This document shows positions 50,583 to 59,489 of a stretch of 64,000 nucleotides of DNA, in pieces; positions within the stretch are counted from its first letter, which is position 1; each line of letters opens with the position of its first letter. Under the pieces are notes generated by a model. The model searched no databases and had not been told where the DNA came from. It worked only from the letters and a program-made list of their open reading frames with translations. The stretch is from a virus. Taxonomy: Duplodnaviria; Caudoviricetes. The translations under genes and the position numbers were made by a program. Location: positions 1 through 64,000 of the IMG/VR virus record IMGVR_UViG_3300032237_000809. One strand, written 5' to 3'.

Positions 50583-51068
50583 ATGTTTTATATTTACAAG
50601 TCCACAAATAAAATTAATAATAAATTTTATATTGGGAGATGTAAGGGACCCATCAAAAAAAGGGAATATAAACACTGGTGGTATGCTACAAATAAAAAAA
50701 GTAATATGCCATTTCCAAATGCTTTAAGAAAATATGGAAGAAACAATTTTATATGGGAAATTTTAGAAGAAACTGAACAGTATAATAATGGTGAACGAGA
50801 GATATACTGGATAGATAAATTAAAACCAGATTATAATGCAACTTTAGGTGGAGATGGTGGAAAATTTGGACACACTTGTCCTGAACATGTAAAAGAAGCG
50901 ACAAGGCAATCTAGAATTGTGTCAGTAAAGGATAGAAAAACTGGAAAAATTTATAATTCTATGAAAGAAGCAAGAGAAGATACTGGAGTTTTTGAAAGTA
51001 GTATAGGTAGATCATTGAAATATAATGGACAAAATGGTAGATGGGAAAAAGTGTCTAAATACAAATAA
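50583..51068 (+). CDS. GIY-YIG (Seg-like) homing endonuclease
   Basis: YIYK.TN.IN.K.YIG, R...H, A.RKYG..NF, E..WI, YN...GG.G; NUMOD1-like C-terminus. Confidence 0.9.
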   Translation: MFYIYKSTNKINNKFYIGRCKGPIKKREYKHWWYATNKKSNMPFPNALRKYGRNNFIWEILEETEQYNNGEREIYWIDKLKPDYNATLGGDGGKFGHTCPEHVKEATRQSRIVSVKDRKTGKIYNSMKEAREDTGVFESSIGRSLKYNGQNGRWEKVSKYK

Positions 51069-51072
51069 AACG

Positions 51073-51459
51073 ATGAAGACGTTTAAACAATTCATGACAG
51101 AGGCAACACCATTTGCCTTAGTAGGACCAACGAGTGCCTATGGTCCTGGATTGTATGGAAATAAAACTGCAAGTGGTCAAGTTTTAACTCCAAATACTAT
51201 AGGAATTGCTCACAAAACACTTCCTTTAGGTAGTCAAGTTAGATTAACAGATCCAAAAACTAAAAAAAGTATACAAGTTCCTGTAATTGATAGAGGTCCT
51301 TATGTAGGAAATCGTCAAGCAGATATAACAGATGCTACTGTAAAAAGAATGGGTTATAAAGGATGGAAAGATTATGGAGTTCGTGATATAGATGTAACCC
51401 CAGTGGGAGCAAAGCCAACAAAACCTAAAAAACCACCAATTATTGGATTACCAGACTAA
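51073..51459 (+). CDS. RlpA-like double-psi beta-barrel lytic transglycosylase with capsid-targeting-like leader
   Basis: S.YG...G..TASG, AHKTLP.G..V, V.V.DRGPY...R..D; N-terminus MKTFKQFMTEA; ATG51073 preferred. Confidence 0.85.
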   Translation: MKTFKQFMTEATPFALVGPTSAYGPGLYGNKTASGQVLTPNTIGIAHKTLPLGSQVRLTDPKTKKSIQVPVIDRGPYVGNRQADITDATVKRMGYKGWKDYGVRDIDVTPVGAKPTKPKKPPIIGLPD

Positions 51460-52007
51460 TGGCAATTTCACCATATGCAAATCAAATTGGAAATAGAAAT
51501 TTTCTTTCTCCAGTTGGATTTAAATTTACTCTAGCAAAAGAACCTAAAGTTGCATTTTTCTGCAATTCTGCAAAAATTCCAGAAATTACTTTAGGAGTTG
51601 CCAAACAACCAACATATTTAAAAAATCTTGATGTTCCTGGAGAAATTCTCACATATGGGGATTTTACTTTAAAATTTTTAGTCGATGAAAATATGACTAA
51701 TTATATGTGTATTCATAATTGGTTAACTGGATTAGGATTTCCGGAAAGTGCAGACCAGTATAAAAAATTAACTACAAATGATCAAGAAGTAAGAGATTCT
51801 AAAAAGGCATTTAGTGATGGATCACTTCATATCTTAAATAGCAATTATAGGGATATTGCTATCATAAAATTAAAAGATTTATTTCCAATGTCATTGTCAG
51901 CATTAGAATTTGATGCTACATTAACTGATATATTATACCTTTCTGCAGAAGTCACCTTCAAATACACAATCTATGATATACTAGGAACAAACGGCAAACC
52001 CTTATAA
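51459..52007 (+). CDS. gp3: tail tube terminator/completion protein gp3
   Basis: NFLSP.GF.F, P.V.FF....IP, F.VDE...NY...HNW, FP.SLS.L.F. Confidence 0.9.
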   Translation: MAISPYANQIGNRNFLSPVGFKFTLAKEPKVAFFCNSAKIPEITLGVAKQPTYLKNLDVPGEILTYGDFTLKFLVDENMTNYMCIHNWLTGLGFPESADQYKKLTTNDQEVRDSKKAFSDGSLHILNSNYRDIAIIKLKDLFPMSLSALEFDATLTDILYLSAEVTFKYTIYDILGTNGKPL

Positions 52008-52015
52008 ATAATTTT

Positions 52016-52101
52016 GCTCTAATTGGTTGGCGCTTTTTGGAGATGGGTAGAGAAATCTACCCTATTCCATTATAAATAGTAATGCCAACCAAAATAGAAG
52101 C
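52016..52101 (+). promoter_or_regulatory. nested hairpin enclosing a late promoter upstream of a homing endonuclease
   Basis: TTGGTTGGC 52023-31 / GCCAACCAA 52084-92; inner GGGTAGA-GAAA-TCTACCC; TATAAATA 52071. Confidence 0.75.
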
Positions 52102-52103
52102 GG

Positions 52104-52784
52104 ATGAAAGATCCAAAAAGGTTTTATACCTACGCTTATTTGCGTAAAGATGGTACTGTATATTATGTAGGAAAAGGTGAAAAATATAGAGCATATAATA
52201 AAAACCATAATAACGTATATGTTCCACCCAAAGAAAGGATTATATTTTTAAAAAAAAATATTTTAGAAGAAGAAACATTTAAGCATGAAATCTATATGAT
52301 TGCTGTATTTGGTAGAAAAGATTTGGGTAAAGGTATTCTTCATAATAAAACAAATGGAGGAGATGGATCTTCAGGAAGAATAGTAACAGAAAATCAAAAA
52401 AATAAACAAAGTGAAAAGATGAAAGGAAGAAAAGGTCCTACAATAAGTGAAGAGGGTAGAAAAAAATTATCTCAAATTATGAAAGGTAACAAAAGAGGAA
52501 AACCTCATACACAAGAAACTAAGAAAAAAATTAGTGATTCGCATAAAGGAAAAAAACTCACAGAGGAACACAAGAAAAAATTAAGTGAGGTGCATATTAG
52601 TATTAAAAAAGGTCCCCATAGTCAAGAAACTAAAGATAAAATAAGTAAGGCACATAAAGATAAAAACCATTTTCCACCCTCTCAAAAAGGAACAAAATGG
52701 TGGAATAATGGACAAATAAACAAAAGAAATGTAGAATGTCCAGGAGAAGAGTGGTGTTTGGGGAAAATATCAAATGTCAATTGA
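52104..52784 (+). CDS. GIY-YIG-like homing endonuclease with NUMOD3 repeats
   Basis: FYTYAYLR.DG..YYVGKG...RA, E..MI..FGR, L.N.T.GG.G; H..ETK.KIS..HKG repeats. Confidence 0.88.
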   Translation: MKDPKRFYTYAYLRKDGTVYYVGKGEKYRAYNKNHNNVYVPPKERIIFLKKNILEEETFKHEIYMIAVFGRKDLGKGILHNKTNGGDGSSGRIVTENQKNKQSEKMKGRKGPTISEEGRKKLSQIMKGNKRGKPHTQETKKKISDSHKGKKLTEEHKKKLSEVHISIKKGPHSQETKDKISKAHKDKNHFPPSQKGTKWWNNGQINKRNVECPGEEWCLGKISNVN

Positions 52785-53211
52785 TTTGGAAAAACTGCAA
52801 GAAATGTGGCAGAGAGATTCTATCATTGATCCTGACAATTTACACAATGAATCTTTAAAAATTCCCCAACTACATTCAAAATATTATACAATTTACAATA
52901 CTATAATTCTTCTTCGTGAAAAGGCAAGAGAATCTTATAGTAAAATTAGATTAGAACGATACAACTACTACACAGGAAAGGCACCAGCAGAGGTTTATGT
53001 ACAAGAACCATTCCCATATAAGGTAAGAGAAAAGGACGGCATACAGAGGCATATGGATGCCGATGAGAGATTAAATAAAATAGATCTTAAAATAAAATAT
53101 TATGATGTTATTCTAAAATTTCTTGAAGAGATTATAAAATGTATTTCCAATCGAACTTATCAAATAAAAAATGCAATTGAATGGTCTAAATTTACATCAG
53201 GATACAATTAA
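52774..53211 (+). CDS. uvsY: recombination mediator UvsY
   Basis: W..D..ID...L..ES..IP.LH.KY, YY.GKA, R.YQIKNAI.W.KF..G; upstream of uvsW. Confidence 0.92.
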   Translation: MSIDLEKLQEMWQRDSIIDPDNLHNESLKIPQLHSKYYTIYNTIILLREKARESYSKIRLERYNYYTGKAPAEVYVQEPFPYKVREKDGIQRHMDADERLNKIDLKIKYYDVILKFLEEIIKCISNRTYQIKNAIEWSKFTSGYN

Positions 53212-53230
53212 GGCAGAAATGCCTTTTTTT
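53210..53230 (+). terminator. intrinsic terminator
   Basis: AAGGCA-GAAA-TGCCTTTTTTT. Confidence 0.8.
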
Positions 53231-53267
53231 ATTGCAAATAAATATTTGTATCTGAATGATATAAATC

Positions 53268-54737
53268 ATGAGTCATTTGACCATATCAAAAAAGAATGAA
53301 GTATATTTACATATTAATGCGGAACCTCATATCTATTATGAGTTATCTGATCAATTTACTTTTGATGTTCCAAATGCAAAATTTAGTCCTCAATTTCGTA
53401 ACAAATATTGGGATGGAAAAATACGCCTATTCTCTACACAAACCGGCGAAATATATGTAGGATTATTAGATAAAATAATCAAATTTTGTGAAGATCACAA
53501 TTATACCTACGAGTTTATAGATAATAAATTTTATGGACTTCCTTTTGAAGTAAATAAGAATATCTCAAAAGAGGGTGTAAAAGATTATGTAAATAAAATT
53601 AGTAGACACGTCCCACGTGACTATCAAGTTGATGGAGTATACGACGCTTTAAGATATAATCGCAAGTTATTGATATCTCCAACTGCTTCTGGAAAGTCGT
53701 TAATGATATATTCTGTTGTGAGATACTATGTTGAGAAGCAACAAAATATTTTGATAGTTGTTCCAACGACTTCCCTTGTAGAACAAATGTATAAAGATTT
53801 TGCAGATTATGGGTGGGATGTTGGTTCATACTGCCACAAGATCTACGCTGGAAAGGAAAGAGAAACAGATTCTCAAGTCATTATTACTACTTGGCAAAGC
53901 ATTTATAAATTGCCCAAGCAATATTTTGCCAGATTTAATGTAGTAGTAGGAGATGAGGCACACCAATTTAAATCCAAGTCACTAATATCTATAATGACAA
54001 AACTTTGTGATGCAAAATATAGATTTGGATTTACTGGAACATTAGATGGAAGTCAAACTCATAAGTGGGTATTGGAAGGATTGTTTGGACCCTCTTATAA
54101 GATTATTAAGACAGATGAACTCATGCAAAAAGGACATCTTGCTAAATTAGACATTAAAATACTGTTATTAAAACATCCCCCAAATCGATTTGATATTTTT
54201 GAGGATGAGGTTCAATATATTATTAATCATAAAAAAAGAAATAATTTTATTAAAAATCTTACTTTAGATCTTAAAGGAAATAGTCTTGTTTTATTTTCAA
54301 GAGTAGAAACTCATGGGCAACCTTTATATGAACTCATAAATAGTAACAAAATTGATGATCGTCATGTCTTTTTCATTCATGGTGGTGTGGAAACAGAGGA
54401 TAGAGAAAAGGTTAGAGAAATTACGGAAAAAGAAAATAACGCTATTATCGTTGCTTCTTATGGCACCTTTTCTACAGGAATTAACATTAAGAATCTACAT
54501 AATGTTGTTTTTGCTTCACCTTCAAAGTCTAGAATCCGCAATCTCCAATCAATTGGAAGAGTTTTAAGAAAGAGTGATAATAAAACAAAAGCAACTCTAT
54601 ATGACATTGCCGATGATATTAGTTATAAATCAAGAAAAAATTATACTCTTAATCATTTAATTGAAAGAATTAAAATTTATAATGAAGAAAATTTCAATTA
54701 TGATATTGTAAATATTAATTTAAAATCAGATGAATGA
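53268..54737 (+). CDS. uvsW: SF2 DNA helicase UvsW
   Basis: WDGKIRLF, PRDYQ, SPTASGKS, DEAH, GFTGT, QSIGRVLR. Confidence 0.97.
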   Translation: MSHLTISKKNEVYLHINAEPHIYYELSDQFTFDVPNAKFSPQFRNKYWDGKIRLFSTQTGEIYVGLLDKIIKFCEDHNYTYEFIDNKFYGLPFEVNKNISKEGVKDYVNKISRHVPRDYQVDGVYDALRYNRKLLISPTASGKSLMIYSVVRYYVEKQQNILIVVPTTSLVEQMYKDFADYGWDVGSYCHKIYAGKERETDSQVIITTWQSIYKLPKQYFARFNVVVGDEAHQFKSKSLISIMTKLCDAKYRFGFTGTLDGSQTHKWVLEGLFGPSYKIIKTDELMQKGHLAKLDIKILLLKHPPNRFDIFEDEVQYIINHKKRNNFIKNLTLDLKGNSLVLFSRVETHGQPLYELINSNKIDDRHVFFIHGGVETEDREKVREITEKENNAIIVASYGTFSTGINIKNLHNVVFASPSKSRIRNLQSIGRVLRKSDNKTKATLYDIADDISYKSRKNYTLNHLIERIKIYNEENFNYDIVNINLKSDE

Positions 54738-55131
54738 AGAATTTTATTGCTCATTAAAACTAATATCAGGAGAAGAAATATTCTCTCTCATCATGATCGA
54801 TGATAATGATGGAGATCCTATTATAATTTTACAAAATCCAGTTATAATGAAAATACATCAAAATTCTAACGGAATGGTAATAAAAATAAAACCATGGATG
54901 GAAATACCAGATGATGATTTTTATTTTATTAAATTTGATAAGGTAATCACTATGACAGAAGTAACTGATAATATTGCAATTAATTTTTATACAAAATATT
55001 TAAATGAAGAACCTTTAGTGAGTGATAGTAATGGTAAAGTTAATTTAACAAATAAGATGGGATATATTTCTTCAGTAGAAGAATCTAGAAAGAATCTTGA
55101 GAATATATTTAAAGGCCTTAAAGAAAGATAA
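54730..55131 (+). CDS. hypothetical protein (Sm-like fold likely) between uvsW and gp55
   Basis: KL.SGEEI, L.NP, PW motifs; conserved position. Confidence 0.8.
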   Translation: MNEEFYCSLKLISGEEIFSLIMIDDNDGDPIIILQNPVIMKIHQNSNGMVIKIKPWMEIPDDDFYFIKFDKVITMTEVTDNIAINFYTKYLNEEPLVSDSNGKVNLTNKMGYISSVEESRKNLENIFKGLKER

Positions 55132-55158
55132 ATCATCATCTTCAACCGGGACAAAGGT

Positions 55159-55210
55159 AGTCTACACAAGATTTGAATAGTTGTCAAGCCCCCTCAAAGT
55201 GTGCTATAAT
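55159..55210. promoter_or_regulatory. overlapping divergent sigma70 promoters
   Basis: + strand TTGTCA-N18-TATAAT (55181-55210); - strand TTGACA-N17-TAGACT (55187-55159). Confidence 0.65.
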
Positions 55211-55238
55211 TAACATAACTTATAGAAAGATTAATCTC

Positions 55239-55718
55239 ATGTCTAAAAAGAAATCAGAGCATTATGTAAACAACAAAGAATTTTTGGAAGCAATTACTAT
55301 CCATCGAGAAAAGATTGCTTATGCCAAAGAAAATGATTTACCAAAACCAAGAATTTCTGACTATATTGGTTCATGTTTTCTAAAGATTGCTACACATCTT
55401 TCATATAAACCAAATTTTGTAAATTATATGTTTCGTGAAGATATGATTTCTGATGGAATTGAAAACTGTGTTCAATACATCCATAATTTCAATCCAGAAA
55501 AGTCACAGAATCCATTTGCATATTTTACTCAAATTATTCACTATGCATTTCTTCGTAGAATTGAAAAGGAAAAGAAACAATTAAAAATTAAAAATAAAAT
55601 CATTGAACGTACTGGATTTGATGAGGTTATGATGATTGATGATAACTTGCTTTCTGGAAGCAATTCAGAGTATAATAGTATGAAAGATGCAATTCAATAT
55701 AGAAACAATAACCGATGA
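55239..55718 (+). CDS. gp55: late transcription sigma factor gp55
   Basis: HYVNN.EFL, YIG.CF.KIA..LS..PNF..Y...EDMI.DGIENC, NPFAYFTQI...AF.RRI..EK. Confidence 0.97.
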   Translation: MSKKKSEHYVNNKEFLEAITIHREKIAYAKENDLPKPRISDYIGSCFLKIATHLSYKPNFVNYMFREDMISDGIENCVQYIHNFNPEKSQNPFAYFTQIIHYAFLRRIEKEKKQLKIKNKIIERTGFDEVMMIDDNLLSGSNSEYNSMKDAIQYRNNNR

Positions 55719-55719
55719 C

Positions 55720-55756
55720 GCACCATAGTGTATAAATAAATAAAACACTATGGTGC
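55720..55756 (+). promoter_or_regulatory. 12-bp hairpin with a late promoter in its loop, upstream of HNH gene
   Basis: GCACCATAGTGT / ACACTATGGTGC; TATAAATA 55731-55738. Confidence 0.8.
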
Positions 55757-55759
55757 TTT

Positions 55760-56317
55760 ATGCCCAATCAATATTCACAGTCAAGAAAAAATAGATTAAA
55801 AGCAATAGAAAAGGGTAAAAAAACTTATACTAGTGAAACTATTTGTAAACACTGTGGAAGTTATGAAAAATATGTATCTACTTCTAATTGTGCCCCATGT
55901 TCTATAAAATCTGGTTTAGAAAAACTTAATAATAAAGAGTTGATGGAACCTTATAGAACAAAGGAGAAAAAGCAAAAATATTGTGAGGATAATAAAGAAA
56001 AAGTTAATGGAATAAAAAGAAAATATGCTAAAACTGAAAGAGGTAAAGCAGTAAGTTGTGAAAAGACAAGGAGATACCTTGCAAGAAAACAACTTGGTAT
56101 TCCAATAGATATTACGGAGCAGCAACTTCGAGAAATACAGGAAATATACCAACAGGCACAGCACTTGACTTTTACTACCGGTATGCAGTATGATGTAGAC
56201 CATATCATCCCTTTATTTGAGGGTGGACTACACCATCCGGATAACTTACAAGTTATTACACACAAAGAGCATCTTATGAAAACCGCACAAGAAAATAGTA
56301 GGAGGCAACAAAAGTGA
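55760..56317 (+). CDS. HNH homing endonuclease
   Basis: CKHC..C..C zinc motif; VDHIIPL..GGLH...NLQ.I....H..K. Confidence 0.9.
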   Translation: MPNQYSQSRKNRLKAIEKGKKTYTSETICKHCGSYEKYVSTSNCAPCSIKSGLEKLNNKELMEPYRTKEKKQKYCEDNKEKVNGIKRKYAKTERGKAVSCEKTRRYLARKQLGIPIDITEQQLREIQEIYQQAQHLTFTTGMQYDVDHIIPLFEGGLHHPDNLQVITHKEHLMKTAQENSRRQQK

Positions 56318-57351
56318 AAATTGGCGTAATTTCTGACACCCATTGGAGCGCCCGTAAAGCGTCTAAACATCTGCACGAGTATTTCCAACTTTTCTATGAT
56401 AATATCTTTTTTCCTGCTCTAAAAGATCATGGAGTAGAAACAGTCATTCATATGGGTGATGCTTTTGATAATCGTAAAAGTATTGATTTTTGGGGATTAA
56501 ATTGGACCAGAAGAGTTGTATTAGAACCTCTTAGAAAATATGAAGTTCATATGATTGTAGGTAATCATGATTGTTTTCTTCGCAACTCTAACGAAATTAA
56601 TTCCCCAGACCTACTTCTCAAAACTTATCCAAATATCAAAACTTATAGTTCTCCAACAAATACAAAAGTTGGTGGAATTGATATGACATTCATTCCTTGG
56701 ATTTGTAGTGAAAATTATGAAGAAACGATGAATGTAATTAAAAAATCGAAAGCAAAAGTTGCCTTTGGGCACTTAGAACTTCAAGGTTTTCGTGTAAATT
56801 GCAATTTAATTATGGAGGACCATGGATTGGATTCAAATATTTTTAAGAACTTCACAAAGGTATTTTCTGGTCATTACCATACTCGTTCTGACAATGGATC
56901 TATCTTCTATCTTGGTAATCCTTATGAAATGTATTGGACGGATGTAAATGATACTCGCGGATTTCATATTTTTGATACTGAAACGTTAGAGCATACGCCA
57001 ATTAATAATCCTTATAAATTGTTTTATAACATATATTATGAGGATACTCCTCATCAAATGTTTGATGCAACAGAATATGAAAATAAAATTGTAAAAATCA
57101 TTGTTCGTAAAAAATCTAAACCAAAAGATTTTGAAAAATTTGTAGATAAATTATATACAGTGGGTATTCAAGATCTTAAAATTATTGAAAATTTTGATAT
57201 ACAAGAAAGTGAAGATTTTGAAATTGATGAAGAAGAAAATACTATTTCAATTCTAAATCGTTATATTGATGATTCAGAAATTCAATATGATAAGAATATC
57301 ATTAAAGGTATTCTACAGGATCTTTATCAACAAGCTTGCGAAGTAGAATAA
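56314..57351 (+). CDS. gp47: recombination endonuclease gp47 (Mre11/SbcD-like)
   Basis: DTH, GD.FD.R, GNHD, GH.E, SGHYH metallophosphoesterase motifs. Confidence 0.96.
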   Translation: MKIGVISDTHWSARKASKHLHEYFQLFYDNIFFPALKDHGVETVIHMGDAFDNRKSIDFWGLNWTRRVVLEPLRKYEVHMIVGNHDCFLRNSNEINSPDLLLKTYPNIKTYSSPTNTKVGGIDMTFIPWICSENYEETMNVIKKSKAKVAFGHLELQGFRVNCNLIMEDHGLDSNIFKNFTKVFSGHYHTRSDNGSIFYLGNPYEMYWTDVNDTRGFHIFDTETLEHTPINNPYKLFYNIYYEDTPHQMFDATEYENKIVKIIVRKKSKPKDFEKFVDKLYTVGIQDLKIIENFDIQESEDFEIDEEENTISILNRYIDDSEIQYDKNIIKGILQDLYQQACEVE

Positions 57352-57617
57352 TGTTTCTTCTTACACTCAAGGATAAAAAAACTGATGGGGCATTTGCTGT
57401 AGAAGATAAATTTGGAGATAGAGTTTTATTTCTTTTTGAGGAGGAAGATGATGCAACTCGTTATGCATTAATGCTTGAAGATCAAGAAGAAAGTGAAATG
57501 GATGTTATAGAAATTGATGAAGAACTTGCCATTAGGACTTGTAAGATGTATAATTATAAGTATGCAGTGGTTACACCAAACGATATTGTGATTCCCCCTA
57601 AGAATGATAATTTTTAA
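57351..57617 (+). CDS. hypothetical protein between gp47 and gp46
   Basis: FEE.DDA.RYA..L, IVIPP; ATG57351. Confidence 0.8.
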   Translation: MFLLTLKDKKTDGAFAVEDKFGDRVLFLFEEEDDATRYALMLEDQEESEMDVIEIDEELAIRTCKMYNYKYAVVTPNDIVIPPKNDNF

Positions 57618-59319
57618 AACTATAAAATGGAAGAACTTTCTTTCTACAGGACAGCATTTCACTGAAATTGATTTTCAAAAAAATCATACAAATTTAATTG
57701 TTGGTACGAATGGTTCTGGAAAATCAACTCTTCTAGATGCACTCACATTTGCCCTATTTAATAAAGCATTTCGTAAAATTAACAAAAATCAACTTTCTAA
57801 TAGCACCAACGAAAAGGATTGTGTTGTTGAAGTTGAGTTTTCTATAAACAATAAAAATTATTTGGTTCGTCGTGGAATAAGACCAAATATTTTTGATATT
57901 GAGGTGAATGGGGTACAATTGCATAAAGAAGCAGATGATCGAGCAAATCAAAAAATCCTAGAAGAAAATATTCTAAAAGTTAATTACCACAGTTTTACAC
58001 AGATTGTGATTCTGGGTTCCAGCACTTTTGTTCCCTTTATGCAATTGACTACGGCAAATCGTCGCGAAGTGATTGAGGACTTGCTGGATATTCGTATCTT
58101 CTCTTCAATGAATAATTTGATTAAAGATAAGATTCGTCAGCAAAAGGACCAAATTAAATCTTTAGAACTAAAAAAACAATCTCTTAAAGATAAAGTTCAG
58201 ATGCAAAAAAACTTTATCGAACAATTAGAAAATCTTGGAAAAGATAATATAATTTCCAATAAGAAAAAGATTTCTAATTTAATCAGTGAAGTTGAGATTT
58301 ATATGAATCAAAATGCTCAAACTGAAGAAATGATATTTGGTTTTACTAAAAATCAAGAAGAGGTTATTGGTGCTACTGATAAATTAAAGAAATTAGATAA
58401 TTTAAAAGGTAAAATCTCTCAAAAAGTATCTACTATTACCAAAGAGCACAAGTTTTTTACTGAAAATACAGTTTGTCCTACATGCACACAAACTATTGAG
58501 GAAGAATTTAGGTTAAATAGAATTGCAGATTCTCAAAATAGTGCAAAAGAACTTCATAAAGGTTATAAAGATCTTGAAGATACTATAAAATTAGAAGAAG
58601 AGAGGGAGCGTCAATTTATTGCTCTATCTAAGGAGATTACGAAACTCAACAATGACATTTCTCAAAATAATGCTAGGATTTCCTCTAACCAACGACAGGT
58701 TAGGGATTTGGAAAGTGAAATTCAAACACTTACCGAACAACTTGAAAATAAGAATACTGAGCACGAAAAGTTAGAAGAGTTTCAGACCAATCTTCAAAAA
58801 GTCTTTGAAGATTTGGGAAATAAAAAAGAAGAGATAGTTTACTTTGATTTTGCATATTCTCTTCTTAAAGATGATGGTGTAAAGACTAAAATTATTAAAA
58901 AATATCTTCCCTTTATTAATCAGCAGGTAAATCGTTATTTGCAAATGATGGATTTTTATATTAATTTTCATCTCGATTCTGAGTTTAATGAGAGTATCAA
59001 GTCACCTATTCATGAGAACTTCTCTTATGCTTCTTTTAGTGAAGGTGAGAAAATGAGAGTAGATTTGAGTTTGTTATTTACTTGGAGAGAGGTTGCAAGA
59101 GTTAAGAATTCAGTCAATACAAATCTTTTAATTATGGATGAAGTTTTTGATAGTTCTCTTGATGGATTTGGGACCGATGAGTTTCTGAAAATTATTCGTT
59201 ATGTCATTAAGGATGCTAATATATTCGTGATTTCTCATAAGACTGGACTTGAGGACAAATTCCAAAGTGTCACAAGGTTTGACAAGAAGGGAGGATTCTC
59301 GTATAAAATAGAATCATAA
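57604..59319 (+). CDS. gp46: recombination ATPase gp46 (Rad50/SbcC-like)
   Basis: KNFLS.G, G.NGSGKS, CPTC zinc hook, FSEGE signature, MDE.FD.SLD, ISH. Confidence 0.97.
   Translation: MIIFKTIKWKNFLSTGQHFTEIDFQKNHTNLIVGTNGSGKSTLLDALTFALFNKAFRKINKNQLSNSTNEKDCVVEVEFSINNKNYLVRRGIRPNIFDIEVNGVQLHKEADDRANQKILEENILKVNYHSFTQIVILGSSTFVPFMQLTTANRREVIEDLLDIRIFSSMNNLIKDKIRQQKDQIKSLELKKQSLKDKVQMQKNFIEQLENLGKDNIISNKKKISNLISEVEIYMNQNAQTEEMIFGFTKNQEEVIGATDKLKKLDNLKGKISQKVSTITKEHKFFTENTVCPTCTQTIEEEFRLNRIADSQNSAKELHKGYKDLEDTIKLEEERERQFIALSKEITKLNNDISQNNARISSNQRQVRDLESEIQTLTEQLENKNTEHEKLEEFQTNLQKVFEDLGNKKEEIVYFDFAYSLLKDDGVKTKIIKKYLPFINQQVNRYLQMMDFYINFHLDSEFNESIKSPIHENFSYASFSEGEKMRVDLSLLFTWREVARVKNSVNTNLLIMDEVFDSSLDGFGTDEFLKIIRYVIKDANIFVISHKTGLEDKFQSVTRFDKKGGFSYKIES
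59253..59309 (+). promoter_or_regulatory. early/middle promoter with upstream quasi-palindromic box (copy 1 of 3)
   Basis: GGACAAATTCCAAAGTGTCACA, TTGACA 59279, TAAAAT 59304; similar boxes at 59964 and 63489. Confidence 0.6.
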
Positions 59320-59330
59320 GCAAAAAACCG

Positions 59331-59468
59331 ATGCAAGTTCCAAATCGCTACCATCACTCTAAAAAGGAACAAAAGCGGAAACTCAAACCGCAAGCACTCC
59401 GACAAGCAAAGGCCCGCCGCCAAGCACTCAAGAAGCGTCTCCATCAAAGAGACGCTTCTTTTTTATAA
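59331..59468 (+). CDS. small basic protein (45 aa, MQVPNRYHHSKKEQKRKLKPQALRQAK...)
   Basis: Manual translation; upstream promoter; resembles a recurring cyanomyophage peptide (recalled). Confidence 0.7.
   Translation: MQVPNRYHHSKKEQKRKLKPQALRQAKARRQALKKRLHQRDASFL
59430..59464 (+). terminator. intrinsic terminator overlapping the 3' end of the small ORF
   Basis: AAGAAGCGTCTC-CATCAAA-GAGACGCTTCTT-TTTT. Confidence 0.85.
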
Positions 59469-59489
59469 ATATCTAAAAAGATTTTAGAT

